This document shows positions 1 through 10,365 of a DNA stretch of 64,000 bases, piece by piece. Where the stretch lies: NCBI GenBank assembly GCA_030647965.1, contig JAUSIT010000016.1, forward strand, positions 8,429-72,428, given 5' to 3'. The notes under the pieces are model-generated. The model did no database searches. It was not told the DNA's origin and was given only the letters and a program-made list of their open reading frames with translations. Within the stretch, counting starts at the first letter, position 1; each line of letters opens with the position of its first letter. A program made the position numbers and the translations under genes. This DNA comes from Nanobdellota archaeon (GTDB lineage Archaea; Nanobdellota; Nanobdellia; Pacearchaeales; GW2011-AR1).

Positions 1-13
1 TTGAAAAAATAAA

Positions 14-511
14 TTAATCTTTTAAAAATTGCTCAAGTTTGTCAAAAGCATTTTTTCTTTTATTTTCTTCTTTTTCTATTTCTAAACTTCTTACTTTAGA
101 TTCTATAGAATTATATAATTTTTTAACGTCTTCTTTTCTTTGTTCACTTGTTTCAAAGATCTTCTCACATTCATCTGTTTCTCCATCATATACTTCTATA
201 TTATACTGAGTCCAATGTTCCCTTTCTGTTTCTCCAGCCATATCCTGATGCCAGCTTACCCCAGAACTTTTAATAATTGAGAATAATTGTTTTGTTTCAA
301 GATTATAATATTGCCAAGAATTATGGTTACCACTGCCCCCAGAAGTTGAATAGGGTAATGAATCAAATTCCTTTCGTTTTCCTGCATTAAATTGGGTGAT
401 ATGTAATCTTGAAAGTTTGTCGATAATATTCTTTTCAATTTGTTCTTTCATTTTATCTTGTTTCATTTTATTATATTGGGCAAGGTTGTTCTCTTTTATC
501 ACTTGCCTCAA
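14..511 (-). CDS. hypothetical protein, Glu/Lys-rich; overlaps upstream ORF 471..725 (possible frameshifted single gene)
   Basis: ORF track only; no recognisable motifs. Confidence 0.3.
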   Translation of the reverse strand: MRQVIKENNLAQYNKMKQDKMKEQIEKNIIDKLSRLHITQFNAGKRKEFDSLPYSTSGGSGNHNSWQYYNLETKQLFSIIKSSGVSWHQDMAGETEREHWTQYNIEVYDGETDECEKIFETSEQRKEDVKKLYNSIESKVRSLEIEKEENKRKNAFDKLEQFLKD

Positions 512-725
512 TTAGAACCTGTTGAAGAGTATAATTTGAATGTGCTCTTTCATATTCCGATTTTTGATAATCAGATGCATCATAGGGTAGACCTACAGAT
601 TCATTTCTCATGTTTCTTCCAATCATAGGTATCTTTGCCCACATCATATCTACAATCAAACTTCTTTCTTCTTCGCTAAGCTGTTTACTCGTACCATCTT
701 CTATTGAATTTGTTTTATCTATCAT
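471..725 (-). CDS. hypothetical protein (possibly N-terminal part of the gene continuing in 14..511)
   Basis: ORF track; 41-nt overlap with downstream ORF on the same strand. Confidence 0.25.
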   Translation of the reverse strand: MIDKTNSIEDGTSKQLSEEERSLIVDMMWAKIPMIGRNMRNESVGLPYDASDYQKSEYERAHSNYTLQQVLIEASDKREQPCPI

Positions 726-819
726 TTAATAATATTAACTAGCAACTATAAAAATCTTTGTTGCCACAATATAACAACAGATAATAAGATTTAAATATGT
801 TGAATGAATTAATAAGAAT

Positions 820-1551
820 ATGGAAATAGAAGAAACTCTTAGGGAAATAGGATTAACCAATGACGAAGCTATTGTTTATTTAGCTATGCTTAAAATAGGT
901 TCAAGTTTAGCAAGCAAAATATCTGAAGAAACTAAAATAAATCGTTCTCATACCTATCAATTGCTTGAAAGATTAATTACAAAAGGCTTTGTAAGTTATG
1001 TAATACGAGAAAATCGAAAGTATTTTTCAGCATTAAATCCTGTAAAGATTATTGAAATAATAAAAGAAAGAGAGCAAAAATTAAATAATATTCTGCCAAA
1101 TCTTTTACAATTGACTGCTTTTACAAAAGAAAAACCAATTGTGGAGATATTGGAAGGGAAAGAAGGGATAAAAACAATATTAAATGATATTCTAAAAATA
1201 AAAAAAGAATGGGTTGCGTTTGGAAGTTCTGGAAAAGGACAAGAAGTGCTGTCCTTTTATGCAGAGCATTTTGAAAAAGAAAGAGAAAAATTGAAGATAA
1301 ATTTAAGAGGCATACTAGATAACTCTGAGTCAGGAATAAAGAGGGGCAAGGAACTTGCTAAAAGAAAATACACTCAAATAAAACATGTACGTGAAGAATA
1401 TTCTAATCCTTCTTCAACCTGGATATATGGTGAGAGAATGGCCTTTGTAATTTGGAGTAAAGAGCATTCATTTGCTATAAGAATTGTTAGTAAAGAAATT
1501 GCAAACAATTTTAAGTCTCATTTTGAAGTTTTGTGGAAGAATGCAAAATAA
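820..1551 (+). CDS. TrmB-family transcriptional regulator
   Basis: N-terminal HTH 'LTNDEAIVYLAMLKIGSSLASKISEETKINRSHTYQLLERLITKGFV' typical of TrmB; TATA-like TTTAAATA about 25 nt upstream. Confidence 0.6.
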   Translation: MEIEETLREIGLTNDEAIVYLAMLKIGSSLASKISEETKINRSHTYQLLERLITKGFVSYVIRENRKYFSALNPVKIIEIIKEREQKLNNILPNLLQLTAFTKEKPIVEILEGKEGIKTILNDILKIKKEWVAFGSSGKGQEVLSFYAEHFEKEREKLKINLRGILDNSESGIKRGKELAKRKYTQIKHVREEYSNPSSTWIYGERMAFVIWSKEHSFAIRIVSKEIANNFKSHFEVLWKNAK

Positions 1552-1600
1552 TAATTAAATATTTTTAAGTCTAATTATTTATATTAGTTTGAAAAAAGAA

Positions 1601-2446
1601 TCAAGTAAATCTATATTTCTGATTGTCTAATTGTTCATGTGAACTAAAATTAACTTTAATATATCCTTTTCCTAAAAAGTTTTTCATATGTGTAAAAAGA
1701 TTTATCTGATCCATAACTGCCCAATTAAGAATATTTTCTTTATTTTCTCCTAAAAATTGAGAAGGGTCTAAACTGAACATTTGCTGGGTTAGCATTTCTA
1801 CTTGATTTTTTAATTCTAATGGTGGAATTGTTTGATAGTATTCTATTCCTTTTGAAGTAAGTTGATAATCAGAAATACCATATGAAGAGCATATTTTTGA
1901 AACAACTTTTGAATTTGGATTAATCATTTTAGAAAGAAGAGAACAACCAATCATTTGAACAATATCATTTGAACCTGGCACTGCAGATATAATCTTCATC
2001 ATTTTTCTATAATCTTCATCATTTATCTGTCTTTTTGAATCTAAAAACTTTGAATTAGGATGTATATGATATATTGTTAAATTATTATTTTTTTTGGCAA
2101 GGTCTGAAAATTCATCAATATTAGCAAAAATAATTGGTCCTTCATTTAAGATTTTTCCACGAATACCGATTTCATACCATATTTTTTTTTGAGGTAAATA
2201 AGCCCACATTTCTTCAGCAGCATTATTTTCAAGCAAATTTCTCATATCTTTAATTCCTTGTTCTTCGTTTTTAGGGCATATTGTCTGAATATGATCATTA
2301 TAGTTTATAACTAAATTAGGAACATATTTTGGCTTTCTTAATTTTTCAGAAAAGTTTTCAGTTTTTTCACATGAAAGTAATGAGCCTCCTGCTAAAATTG
2401 CACCCCCTGCTTCTGCAATTTTTTCTAGAAAAATTCTTCTTTCCAT
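1601..2446 (-). CDS. hypothetical secreted/lipoprotein with twin-arginine-like signal
   Basis: N-terminus MERRIFLEK + hydrophobic stretch + Cys (RRxFL Tat-like motif, lipobox-like). Confidence 0.45.
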   Translation of the reverse strand: MERRIFLEKIAEAGGAILAGGSLLSCEKTENFSEKLRKPKYVPNLVINYNDHIQTICPKNEEQGIKDMRNLLENNAAEEMWAYLPQKKIWYEIGIRGKILNEGPIIFANIDEFSDLAKKNNNLTIYHIHPNSKFLDSKRQINDEDYRKMMKIISAVPGSNDIVQMIGCSLLSKMINPNSKVVSKICSSYGISDYQLTSKGIEYYQTIPPLELKNQVEMLTQQMFSLDPSQFLGENKENILNWAVMDQINLFTHMKNFLGKGYIKVNFSSHEQLDNQKYRFT

Positions 2447-2494
2447 AGCGATTAAGGGATTAAATAGAACTATTTAAAGGTTATTATGTGTGAA

Positions 2495-2646
2495 TACAAC
2501 TGCGTTGAAATAATTTGCTTTAACAAGCAATTATACCAAGATTGTCTAGCGACAAAAGATTTCGCTCTTGCAATAAGTACGCAATATAGAAGAGCAAAAT
2601 CTTTTGAATTGACGATTTATTAATAATAGGCACCGTTAGGTGGCTT
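2495..2646. repeat. structured intergenic repeat family, copy A (inverted orientation relative to copies B/C)
   Basis: Reverse complement matches 16300-16375 and 17960-18090 (e.g. ttgtcgctagacaatcttRgtataattgcttgttaaagcaaaYtatYtcaacgYagttg); internal hairpin 2554..2605. Confidence 0.6.
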
Positions 2647-2706
2647 AATATTCTCATAAAGTGCTATCATCAGTAAATATAAAATCTTCTCTTATATGAG
2701 ATATTC

Positions 2707-4152
2707 TCAATAAGTCTTTGCAACATATAGATAGTAATCTGCAGGTTTATTACAAATAATACATTTTTCAGCTTTTTTCAGTTTTTCATCTGAAATAAAC
2801 AAAGCTTTTGCTCCGCCTGTTTCTGATTTTAAACTATCTTCACACTCAGTCATTTTACAAAAAGGTACAATCGCCACTTTTTTATCAATTATTATTTTTT
2901 TAAGTTCATTTAAGCTTGAAGCTTTTTCTGTTTTATCATAAAATAATTTTTTTGATTTTTCATACATTGATTTTTGTATATCTTCTAAAATTTTTGGAAT
3001 TTCTTTTTTTAAACTTGCTATTTTTATTGATTGTTTTTTTCCATTATCTCTTCTTACTGTAACTGCCTCTTTTTTATCTAAATCTCTTTCACCTAATTCA
3101 ATTCTTATTGGAATTCCTTTTAGTTCATATTCATTAAATTTAAAGCCAGGCCTATATTCTTCCCTATCATCTAAAATAGGTTCAAATTCTTTTAATTCTA
3201 ATTTTATTTTTTCTGCTTCTTTTAAGATTTTATTTTTATTATCCTCAGTAAATATTGGGACAATTACTATTTTATTTTGTGCAATTTTTGGAGGAAGAAC
3301 TAAACCCTTTGAATCAGAATGAATTGCAAATAAAACGCCCAACATTCTTGTAGTAATTGCAAAAGTATTTTGCCAGACATACTGCTCTTTTTTATTTTCA
3401 TCTAAAAATTTAATATCATATGCTTTTGAAAAATTTTGACCATCATGATGAAATGCAGGCCCTTCTGTTGCTTTTCCATTGGGCAAAATATAATGAATTT
3501 TTTCTGAAAAAACACCTCCGGCAAACTTTTCATTTTCTGTTTTTCTTCCAATCATGCCATATAAAGCAAGATAGTTTTCACATATTTCTTGATAGATAGT
3601 TAAAATTTCCTTACTTTCTTTTAATGAATCTTTTTCATTTGCAAATGCAGTGTGTCCTTCATTCCATAAAAATTCTCTATTTCTAAAAAATGGAACAGGA
3701 TGCTTAAATTCCCATCTTATTACATTATTCCATTGATTTAATCTTAATGGCAAATCTCTCCAGCTTCTAATCCATTTTGAATAAGATGAATACATTATTG
3801 CTTCTGAAGTTGGCCTTATTGCTAATCTTTCACTTAATTTTGTATTTCCTGTTTCTGTAACCCATGCAACTTCTGGAGAAAAACCTGCTACATGTTCTTT
3901 TTCTTTTGCAAATAATTTTTCAGGGATTAATAATGGGAAATAAACATTTTTTATTCCTGATTTTTTAAATCTTAAATCACATTCTTGTTGAATTTTTTCC
4001 CAAATTGCATAGGCTGTTGGCTTAAATACAATGCAACCAGAAACATCAGTATAATCTGCTAAATCTGCTTTTAGCATTAATTGAGTAAACCATTCTGAAA
4101 AATCATCTTTTTCAACATTTATTCCTTTTGTATCTTTTTTCTCTTTTTCCAT
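2707..4152 (-). CDS. proS: proline--tRNA ligase, archaeal/eukaryotic type
   Basis: 481 aa; class II aaRS core with C-terminal zinc-binding domain typical of archaeal-type ProRS. Confidence 0.85.
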   Translation of the reverse strand: MEKEKKDTKGINVEKDDFSEWFTQLMLKADLADYTDVSGCIVFKPTAYAIWEKIQQECDLRFKKSGIKNVYFPLLIPEKLFAKEKEHVAGFSPEVAWVTETGNTKLSERLAIRPTSEAIMYSSYSKWIRSWRDLPLRLNQWNNVIRWEFKHPVPFFRNREFLWNEGHTAFANEKDSLKESKEILTIYQEICENYLALYGMIGRKTENEKFAGGVFSEKIHYILPNGKATEGPAFHHDGQNFSKAYDIKFLDENKKEQYVWQNTFAITTRMLGVLFAIHSDSKGLVLPPKIAQNKIVIVPIFTEDNKNKILKEAEKIKLELKEFEPILDDREEYRPGFKFNEYELKGIPIRIELGERDLDKKEAVTVRRDNGKKQSIKIASLKKEIPKILEDIQKSMYEKSKKLFYDKTEKASSLNELKKIIIDKKVAIVPFCKMTECEDSLKSETGGAKALFISDEKLKKAEKCIICNKPADYYLYVAKTY

Positions 4153-4311
4153 TAATTAATCAATGATTTTACGTTTAAAAATCTGTTGAAATACTACCAA
4201 AATTTTTATATACTCTTAAAAAGCTATAGTAAAAGACCAAAATTTTGACTTTTCCTAATAAGTCAAGGCTTACGACAGAGGAAATTTCAAAGTCCTTGAC
4301 TATACAATAAA

Positions 4312-4656
4312 ATGGCTGAAATAAAACAAAATGAAAATATGCCTTATTTTTTTCTAATTAGTAATAAATATACATTAGGTACTCCCCGAGGAATAGCTAT
4401 TTCCGAAAGGACAATAGATATCCTATTTCATGATCTTGCACATAATTATAAATTACAGACAAAATTAAATTTAGCTTCAGCAATGCTTTTTGGAAGGGGA
4501 ATAGACTTAGTAAGCCATACAGCATCATATTTGGCTGCGTTTGCTAATAATCCTAATGAAGAAGGACAAAGAAGAGATTATTTAGTTAATAATGGAATAG
4601 TCAGAATTTTGGTAAAAGATGATATATTAAGAGATGAAGTTAGAAAAGCAATATAA
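4312..4656 (+). CDS. hypothetical protein
   Basis: ORF track only. Confidence 0.35.
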   Translation: MAEIKQNENMPYFFLISNKYTLGTPRGIAISERTIDILFHDLAHNYKLQTKLNLASAMLFGRGIDLVSHTASYLAAFANNPNEEGQRRDYLVNNGIVRILVKDDILRDEVRKAI

Positions 4657-4749
4657 TTTTTTATCTTTTAGCAACTTATCAATAATTTTTAATTCTAAAT
4701 TCTAAATAAAACAAATAGGGTATAGAACATTATTAACTAAAAGTGATTA

Positions 4750-5142
4750 TTATCTTTTAAGAAATGAGTTTATTCTTTCTTGTGGAACTAAAACATTCAT
4801 TTCTACTTTTCCTGAAAATGCTTCTTGACAATAATCATCGATTGCAACAGGTTTATCTTCAACCATAGGGTCATAAACAAGTCCATTTGAATAACATACT
4901 TGATGTGCGCCCCATTTTATTCTCCCCTGATATAACCGGGGAGTTATTGTTTCTCTGTTAAATTTATCAATTAAACGCCCTTCAACTACTAAAATACTAG
5001 GTTTTTTACCCTCATTGGATAATATTTTTGCAATATGTATTGCAATAAGGCCGCAGCTTTCACTATAATTTCCATCAGGAGTTTTATAATCATTTGCTAG
5101 TGTTTGATGTTTGCTAGCCATATATTCTAATATTGATTCCAT
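4750..5142 (-). CDS. hypothetical protein
   Basis: ORF track only. Confidence 0.35.
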   Translation of the reverse strand: MESILEYMASKHQTLANDYKTPDGNYSESCGLIAIHIAKILSNEGKKPSILVVEGRLIDKFNRETITPRLYQGRIKWGAHQVCYSNGLVYDPMVEDKPVAIDDYCQEAFSGKVEMNVLVPQERINSFLKR

Positions 5143-5215
5143 AAAATTTAGTCTTTTATTCCATATTTAAATGTTTTTTCAATATATTTAAAAGCCAAAT
5201 TTTCTTTAAGAAAAT

Positions 5216-5917
5216 ATGGACAAGAAAAAACTGGTGAAAAATATTTTTTTATGTTTGACAGGACCTAAAGAACATTTTTTAAAACAATTAAAAGAAGTTG
5301 AAGAATATAAAATAACAGAAGTTTGTGTGTTTTTGACTTTTCTTAATCCTGAACAAAGAAAAGAAATTTATAAATTATTATTAAAATCCTGCATTAAAAA
5401 TATTCCTTTAGTTCATATAAGGCATGATATGGTCAATGAAGAAATTGAATTTTTTATTAAAAATTTTAATACTAAATATTTTAATACTCATGAAGAAAGT
5501 TTTGATGAAAAAGAAAAGAAATTAGGATTTTTATATACTGAAAAATGGAAAAAACATTATGATAAATTACTTGTTGAATTGCGTTATCGTAATTCAGATT
5601 TTAAAAATTTAGATATGAAAAAAATAGGGGGATTTTGTATTGACCTTTCTCATTTCAAAGCTGCTGAAGATAGAAAAACAACAGAATATAATTTTATAAT
5701 GCAATATAAAACTAATAAAAATCTTTTTGTTGCAAACCATTTGAATGGTTATGATTTAAAGAAAAAACTTGAAATGCATGGTGTAAAAAATTTAAGCAAT
5801 TTTGATTATCTTAAAACAATTCCTGAATTTTTATTTGGGGAGATTATTTCATTTGAGATGGAGAATTCAATTAAAGAACAGATTGAATTTAAGAAATATC
5901 TTGTAAATTTTCTTTAA
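5216..5917 (+). CDS. hypothetical protein
   Basis: ORF track only. Confidence 0.4.
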   Translation: MDKKKLVKNIFLCLTGPKEHFLKQLKEVEEYKITEVCVFLTFLNPEQRKEIYKLLLKSCIKNIPLVHIRHDMVNEEIEFFIKNFNTKYFNTHEESFDEKEKKLGFLYTEKWKKHYDKLLVELRYRNSDFKNLDMKKIGGFCIDLSHFKAAEDRKTTEYNFIMQYKTNKNLFVANHLNGYDLKKKLEMHGVKNLSNFDYLKTIPEFLFGEIISFEMENSIKEQIEFKKYLVNFL

Positions 5918-6127
5918 TTATATTTGTCCTGTTTCTGAAAACTTTTTCATTGCTCTTTCAAGCATAACTTGAGGTGCAAAGCCTTTGTGACTGCATGCTT
6001 TCATAAAGTCATCATAGACTTTTCTGTCAACATTATAGTCAAGTCTTCTTTTTTGTGCATCTGGTGGTGTTGCTGCCATATATAGATATAATAAATTTGT
6101 TTTATAAATGTAACTGATTGTGGGCAA
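5918..6127 (-). CDS. small DNA-binding protein, ribbon-helix-helix-like
   Basis: 'KRRLDYNVDRKVYDDFMKACSHKGFAPQVMLERAMKKF' resembles RHH/CopG fold. Confidence 0.3.
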   Translation of the reverse strand: MPTISYIYKTNLLYLYMAATPPDAQKRRLDYNVDRKVYDDFMKACSHKGFAPQVMLERAMKKFSETGQI

Positions 6128-6158
6128 GATTTAAATACAAAAAATACAAATAATCTAA

Positions 6159-6908
6159 ATGAATGAAATAATCTTATATTCTATTTTAAGTGTTTTTATT
6201 ATTAGTCTTATTTCTTTGATCGGAGTTTTATTTCTTTCATTTAAAACAGATAAATTAAACACAATTCTTATTTATTTTATTAGTTTTTCAGCAGGAGCTT
6301 TATTTGGAGATGTTTTTATTCATTTAATTCCTAGTTTGGTTAAAGAAAATGAGTTTAGTGTTTTTAGTGCTTTGTTTATTTTGTTTGGAATTTTAATATT
6401 TTTTATTTTAGAAAAGATTTTACACTGGCAGCATTGCCATATGCCAATTACAAAGACACATGTTCATACTTTTGCTTATATGAATTTAGTTGGAGATTCT
6501 TTACATAATTTTATTGATGGTTTAATTATTGCTGCAAGTTATCTTGTAAGCATTCCGATAGGTATTGCAACAACTCTTGCTGTTGTTTTACATGAAATTC
6601 CTCAAGAAATCGGAGATTTTGGAGTATTATTGCATGGCGGATTTTCAAAATCAAGAGCACTTTTAGTTAATTTTATAACTGCTTTAACTGCATTTGCAGG
6701 ATTATTTATAGGATTATGGTTGGGAGAGATTATTCCTAATATAAGCTTATTTTTCATTTCAATTGCTGCAGGAGGCTTTATTTATATTGCAGGTAGTGAT
6801 TTAATACCTGAATTACATAAAGAAACCTCTTTTTCAAAGTCTTTAGTTCAAACACTAGCATTTATCTTAGGAATCTTAGTTATGTTTTCTTTGCTGTTAA
6901 TTGAGTAA
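6159..6908 (+). CDS. zupT: ZIP-family zinc/metal transporter
   Basis: Multi-TM protein with ZIP signature 'HEIPQEIGDFGVL' and His-rich loop; TATA-like element about 25 nt upstream. Confidence 0.7.
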   Translation: MNEIILYSILSVFIISLISLIGVLFLSFKTDKLNTILIYFISFSAGALFGDVFIHLIPSLVKENEFSVFSALFILFGILIFFILEKILHWQHCHMPITKTHVHTFAYMNLVGDSLHNFIDGLIIAASYLVSIPIGIATTLAVVLHEIPQEIGDFGVLLHGGFSKSRALLVNFITALTAFAGLFIGLWLGEIIPNISLFFISIAAGGFIYIAGSDLIPELHKETSFSKSLVQTLAFILGILVMFSLLLIE

Positions 6909-7036
6909 AATACTCTTAAAACAAGGTAAAATTCTAAGACACATAAATTTATAAGCGTAAAAAAAATATAAAATTATGAAAAATAGTAGATTAGGAAACT
7001 ATTCTATTATTATGAGTGTAAGGAGGATTTATACAT

Positions 7037-7240
7037 ATGGGAAGATTTAACGACGGACCAAGAAGTGGCGGAAGTGGCGGATTTGGCGGTGGAAACCGAT
7101 TTAGAAGTTTCGAACCAAGAGAAATGTCAAAAGCAACCTGCTCTGAATGTGGAAAGGAATGCGAAGTTCCATTCAAACCTACAGAAGGCAAGCCAGTTTA
7201 TTGCAAAGAATGTTATATGAAGAAAAAGCCAAGATTTTAA
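7037..7240 (+). CDS. small Gly/Arg-rich zinc-ribbon protein
   Basis: CSECGKEC...CKEC (CxxC-x17-CxxC); AGGAGG SD upstream. Confidence 0.5.
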   Translation: MGRFNDGPRSGGSGGFGGGNRFRSFEPREMSKATCSECGKECEVPFKPTEGKPVYCKECYMKKKPRF

Positions 7241-7360
7241 TTAATCTAGGTTTTATTTAATTATAATATAAGACAATTTTTATTTTTTTTATTTAATATT
7301 TTTCTAGAAAAAGGGGTTAGAAAGGGTAATCGACGACTAATTGTACGATCTATTACCACA

Positions 7361-7415
7361 ATGTTTAAATAGTGTAATAAATACACTAAGTATGTGTATA
7401 ACACACACTAAGTAA
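7361..7415 (+). promoter_or_regulatory. conserved TATA + palindromic block shared with 12470..12535 and (related) 18121..18154; candidate NAD-regulon operator
   Basis: aatgtttaaatagtgtaataaatacactaagtatgtgtataacacacactaagtaa; palindromes agtgta-N5-tacact. Confidence 0.45.
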
Positions 7416-7439
7416 AAAACATACGACAAAATAAAAAAT

Positions 7440-7618
7440 CCCAATCACAGCAAGCTGTGGGGTATTTTTTAAATGTCGAGAATCTACGGATTCTTGAGCA
7501 CACTCCAAAACAAAATTCTCCAAGGAGAATTTTTCAAAGTTTTGGATGCCTCCAAATGGGACGACGACAAATCGTAACAAGCTACGAAGTATAAGACCCA
7601 TTTAGAGTAATCAAAAAA
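7440..7618 (+). promoter_or_regulatory. long hairpin-rich leader upstream of NAD salvage operon
   Basis: Consecutive hairpins: cccaatcacagc/gctgtgggg; cgagaatc-tacg-gattcttg; aaattctcc-aa-ggagaattt; tttgga-tgcc-tccaaa. Confidence 0.4.
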
Positions 7619-8758
7619 ATGACACAAAGAAAAAATATAAACATTGCAAGAGATTACCTTGATTTTACTGATAAATATTTTCAGAGAACAAGACAAATAC
7701 TTGAAGAAGAAGGAATAAACCCTATTGTTAGATATCAATTATTTGTAAGAAAGCCGGGAATTGTAAAAGGGGTTGATGAAGCTGTTGATTTTATTAAAAG
7801 TGTTGCTGGAAACAAGGGAAAAATTTATGCTTTAAGGGATGGAAATTCTTATGATTCATGTGAACCTTTGATAAAACTAGAGGGAAGGGTACAGGATTTT
7901 GTTAATCCTGAAACAGCATATCTTGGAATTATATCAGGAGCTTTAACAGAAAACATAAATATGGTTGATGTAAGAGAAAAAGCAAGAGATATTTTCAATG
8001 CTGCACAAGGCAAACCAGTTCTTTATATGGGCGCAAGGCATTTTGATTATTCATTAGATGAAGAAATAGCAAAAATCTGTCAAGAAGAAGGATTTATTGG
8101 ATGTTCAACAGATATTGGAGCAAAAGCCTGGAATGCAAAAGGTCTAGGAACAACTCCTCATGCTTTGATTGTAAGTTATGCTGCATATATGGATGAAAAT
8201 GGAATAAAAGGAAATGCAACTGTTGAAGCAGCAAAAGGATTTGACAAATATATTGAAAAAGATGTTGCAAGAATAATGTTAATTGATACATTTAATAGAG
8301 AAATTACAGATTCAATTGAAACAGCAAAAGCAGTTCCAAGTTTAAAAGGAGTTAGAATAGATACTTGTGGAGAAAATTATACACAAGGTTCTGTTGGTTT
8401 AAAACTTCCAGAATTAGATGTTCCTGAAAAATATCTAAGAGGAAAAGGAGTTACAATTGCAGGAGTTTGGGGCTTAAGAAAAGCATTAGTTGAAAATGGT
8501 TTTGGAAATTTAGGGCAAGTAGTTTCTTCTGGATTTAATGCAGAAAAAACAAAAGCATTTTTAAAAGCAGACAAAGCATTTCAAGATATGTATGGATTTC
8601 CTTTATTTACATTATTTGGAACAGGAAGCATTGCAAATCCAACAATGGCAACCGCAGATATTGTTGCATATTTTAATGAAAAACAAGGAAAATGGAAAGA
8701 AATGCACAAAGTTGGAAGACCTGAAATTCAAACAAGCAGATTGGAGGAAATAAAATGA
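7619..8758 (+). CDS. pncB: nicotinate (or nicotinamide) phosphoribosyltransferase
   Basis: 379 aa; similarity by eye to archaeal NAPRT; first gene of NAD salvage operon with overlapping start/stops. Confidence 0.55.
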   Translation: MTQRKNINIARDYLDFTDKYFQRTRQILEEEGINPIVRYQLFVRKPGIVKGVDEAVDFIKSVAGNKGKIYALRDGNSYDSCEPLIKLEGRVQDFVNPETAYLGIISGALTENINMVDVREKARDIFNAAQGKPVLYMGARHFDYSLDEEIAKICQEEGFIGCSTDIGAKAWNAKGLGTTPHALIVSYAAYMDENGIKGNATVEAAKGFDKYIEKDVARIMLIDTFNREITDSIETAKAVPSLKGVRIDTCGENYTQGSVGLKLPELDVPEKYLRGKGVTIAGVWGLRKALVENGFGNLGQVVSSGFNAEKTKAFLKADKAFQDMYGFPLFTLFGTGSIANPTMATADIVAYFNEKQGKWKEMHKVGRPEIQTSRLEEIK

Positions 8759-9471
8759 AAGTATTTTATGATGTAGACACACAAAATGATTTTATGAATT
8801 CAAATGGAGCATTATATGTTCCTGATGCAGAGCTAATAAAACCAAATTTGATATTATTGACTGATTATGCAGAAGGCGAAAAATATAATGAAAAAAGATT
8901 TCCAATAATTGGCTCTGTTGACAGGCATTTTGGTAGTGAAGAATATAAAGAAAGAGAAGGAGAACTTGCTAAATGGGGAGGGCCTTTTCCAGACCATTGC
9001 ATGGATAAGAGTGAAGGATATAGAAAAATAGCTGAGACATTTTTATGGACAGATAATTTTAGGGGAGATGGTTGTAGTCATACTTCTCTTTATATGGAAA
9101 ATAGATTAGATTCTTTGATAGATTATAAATTAATGCAGAAAGCTCTTGAAACAATACGTTTTAAATATCAAAATTGGGGGCCATCTGCAGTTTATTTTGA
9201 AAAACAAAGTTATGATGTTTTTACAAATCCTGCAATTGATTGTTTTTTGAGATTAGCAAAAATAGATGAAGCAGTAGTTTATGGAGTTGCAACTGATTAT
9301 TGTGTTAAAGCAGCTGTTCTTGGAATGCAAGAAAGAGGAATTAAATGTTATGTTGTAGAAGATGCAATAAAAGGAGTTTTTCCAGAATCTACACAAAAAG
9401 CTCTCGAAGAAATGACTAATGCTGGAGCAGAGCTTGTAACAACACAGGATGTTTTGGAGGGAAGAATATGA
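8755..9471 (+). CDS. pncA: nicotinamidase / isochorismatase-family hydrolase
   Basis: Isochorismatase fold motif 'VYGVATDYCVKAAVLGMQERGIKCYVVEDA' with catalytic Cys. Confidence 0.65.
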   Translation: MKVFYDVDTQNDFMNSNGALYVPDAELIKPNLILLTDYAEGEKYNEKRFPIIGSVDRHFGSEEYKEREGELAKWGGPFPDHCMDKSEGYRKIAETFLWTDNFRGDGCSHTSLYMENRLDSLIDYKLMQKALETIRFKYQNWGPSAVYFEKQSYDVFTNPAIDCFLRLAKIDEAVVYGVATDYCVKAAVLGMQERGIKCYVVEDAIKGVFPESTQKALEEMTNAGAELVTTQDVLEGRI

Positions 9472-10364
9472 CTGGAATAAAACTAGCAAGAATGAATTCT
9501 GAACTTGTTGCAGATGAGATTGGGGATTTTATTATTAATGAAATAGTGCCAATTGGATATACTGGCGGGGTGATTGGTTTATCTGGTGGAGTTGATTCTA
9601 CTACTTCTGCAGCACTTGCAAAAAGAGCATTTGATAAATATAATTTAAATTCAAATAAAAAATTAGAATTAGTTGGATGCATAATGCCTTCTAATACAAA
9701 TTCAAGTGATGATGAAAGAGATGCAAGAAAAGTTGCAGATAGATTAGGAATTAGATATGAAATTATTCCTATTGAACCTGTTATTGAAGGTTTTAGAAAA
9801 GTTATTCCAAAAATAATTGAAAGTTCTTATATAAAAGGAAATTTAAAAGCAGAAATTCGTGCTACTTTACTTCATCAATTAGCAGGTTATGAAAAAAAGC
9901 TTGTTATTGGAACAGGAAATAGAGACGAAGATTTTGGAGTTGGTTATTATACTTTATTTGGAGATGGTGCTGTTCATATGAGCCCACTTGGAGGACTACC
10001 AAAAAGACTTGTTAGGCAAATGGCATGTTATTTAGGATTTTCTGATTTAGCAAATAGAATTCCAACAGCAGGACTTGAAGCAGGACAGACTGATTTTAAA
10101 GATTTAGGATATTATTATGAAACCGTTGAAGGAATTTCAGAAGGAAAATTGCAAGGATTTTCTAGATTAGAAATAATCAATGATGATTTAATTAAAGAGC
10201 TTGCAAGAAAAGATATTTCAGATTATACACAAATTTATGGAAAGAGCAAATTTTCTTCAGCAAAAGAAATAGTAAATAATGTTTTTATGAGAATGGAAAT
10301 TGCAAAAGCAAAAGGAAAAATTGTTTCACCGCCTCAACCTAAAATAAGTTTGGGGTATTTGTAA
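9468..10364 (+). CDS. nadE: NH3-dependent NAD+ synthetase
   Basis: PP-loop 'GLSGGVDSTTSAAL'. Confidence 0.75.
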   Translation: MTGIKLARMNSELVADEIGDFIINEIVPIGYTGGVIGLSGGVDSTTSAALAKRAFDKYNLNSNKKLELVGCIMPSNTNSSDDERDARKVADRLGIRYEIIPIEPVIEGFRKVIPKIIESSYIKGNLKAEIRATLLHQLAGYEKKLVIGTGNRDEDFGVGYYTLFGDGAVHMSPLGGLPKRLVRQMACYLGFSDLANRIPTAGLEAGQTDFKDLGYYYETVEGISEGKLQGFSRLEIINDDLIKELARKDISDYTQIYGKSKFSSAKEIVNNVFMRMEIAKAKGKIVSPPQPKISLGYL

Positions 10365-10365
10365 A

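Noticed and set aside
7386-7738. Minus-strand ORFs 7386..7601 and 7484..7738 in the NAPRT leader
   Set aside because: They overlap the hairpin-rich leader and the start of the NAPRT gene, have no upstream TATA or SD, and give low-complexity translations.
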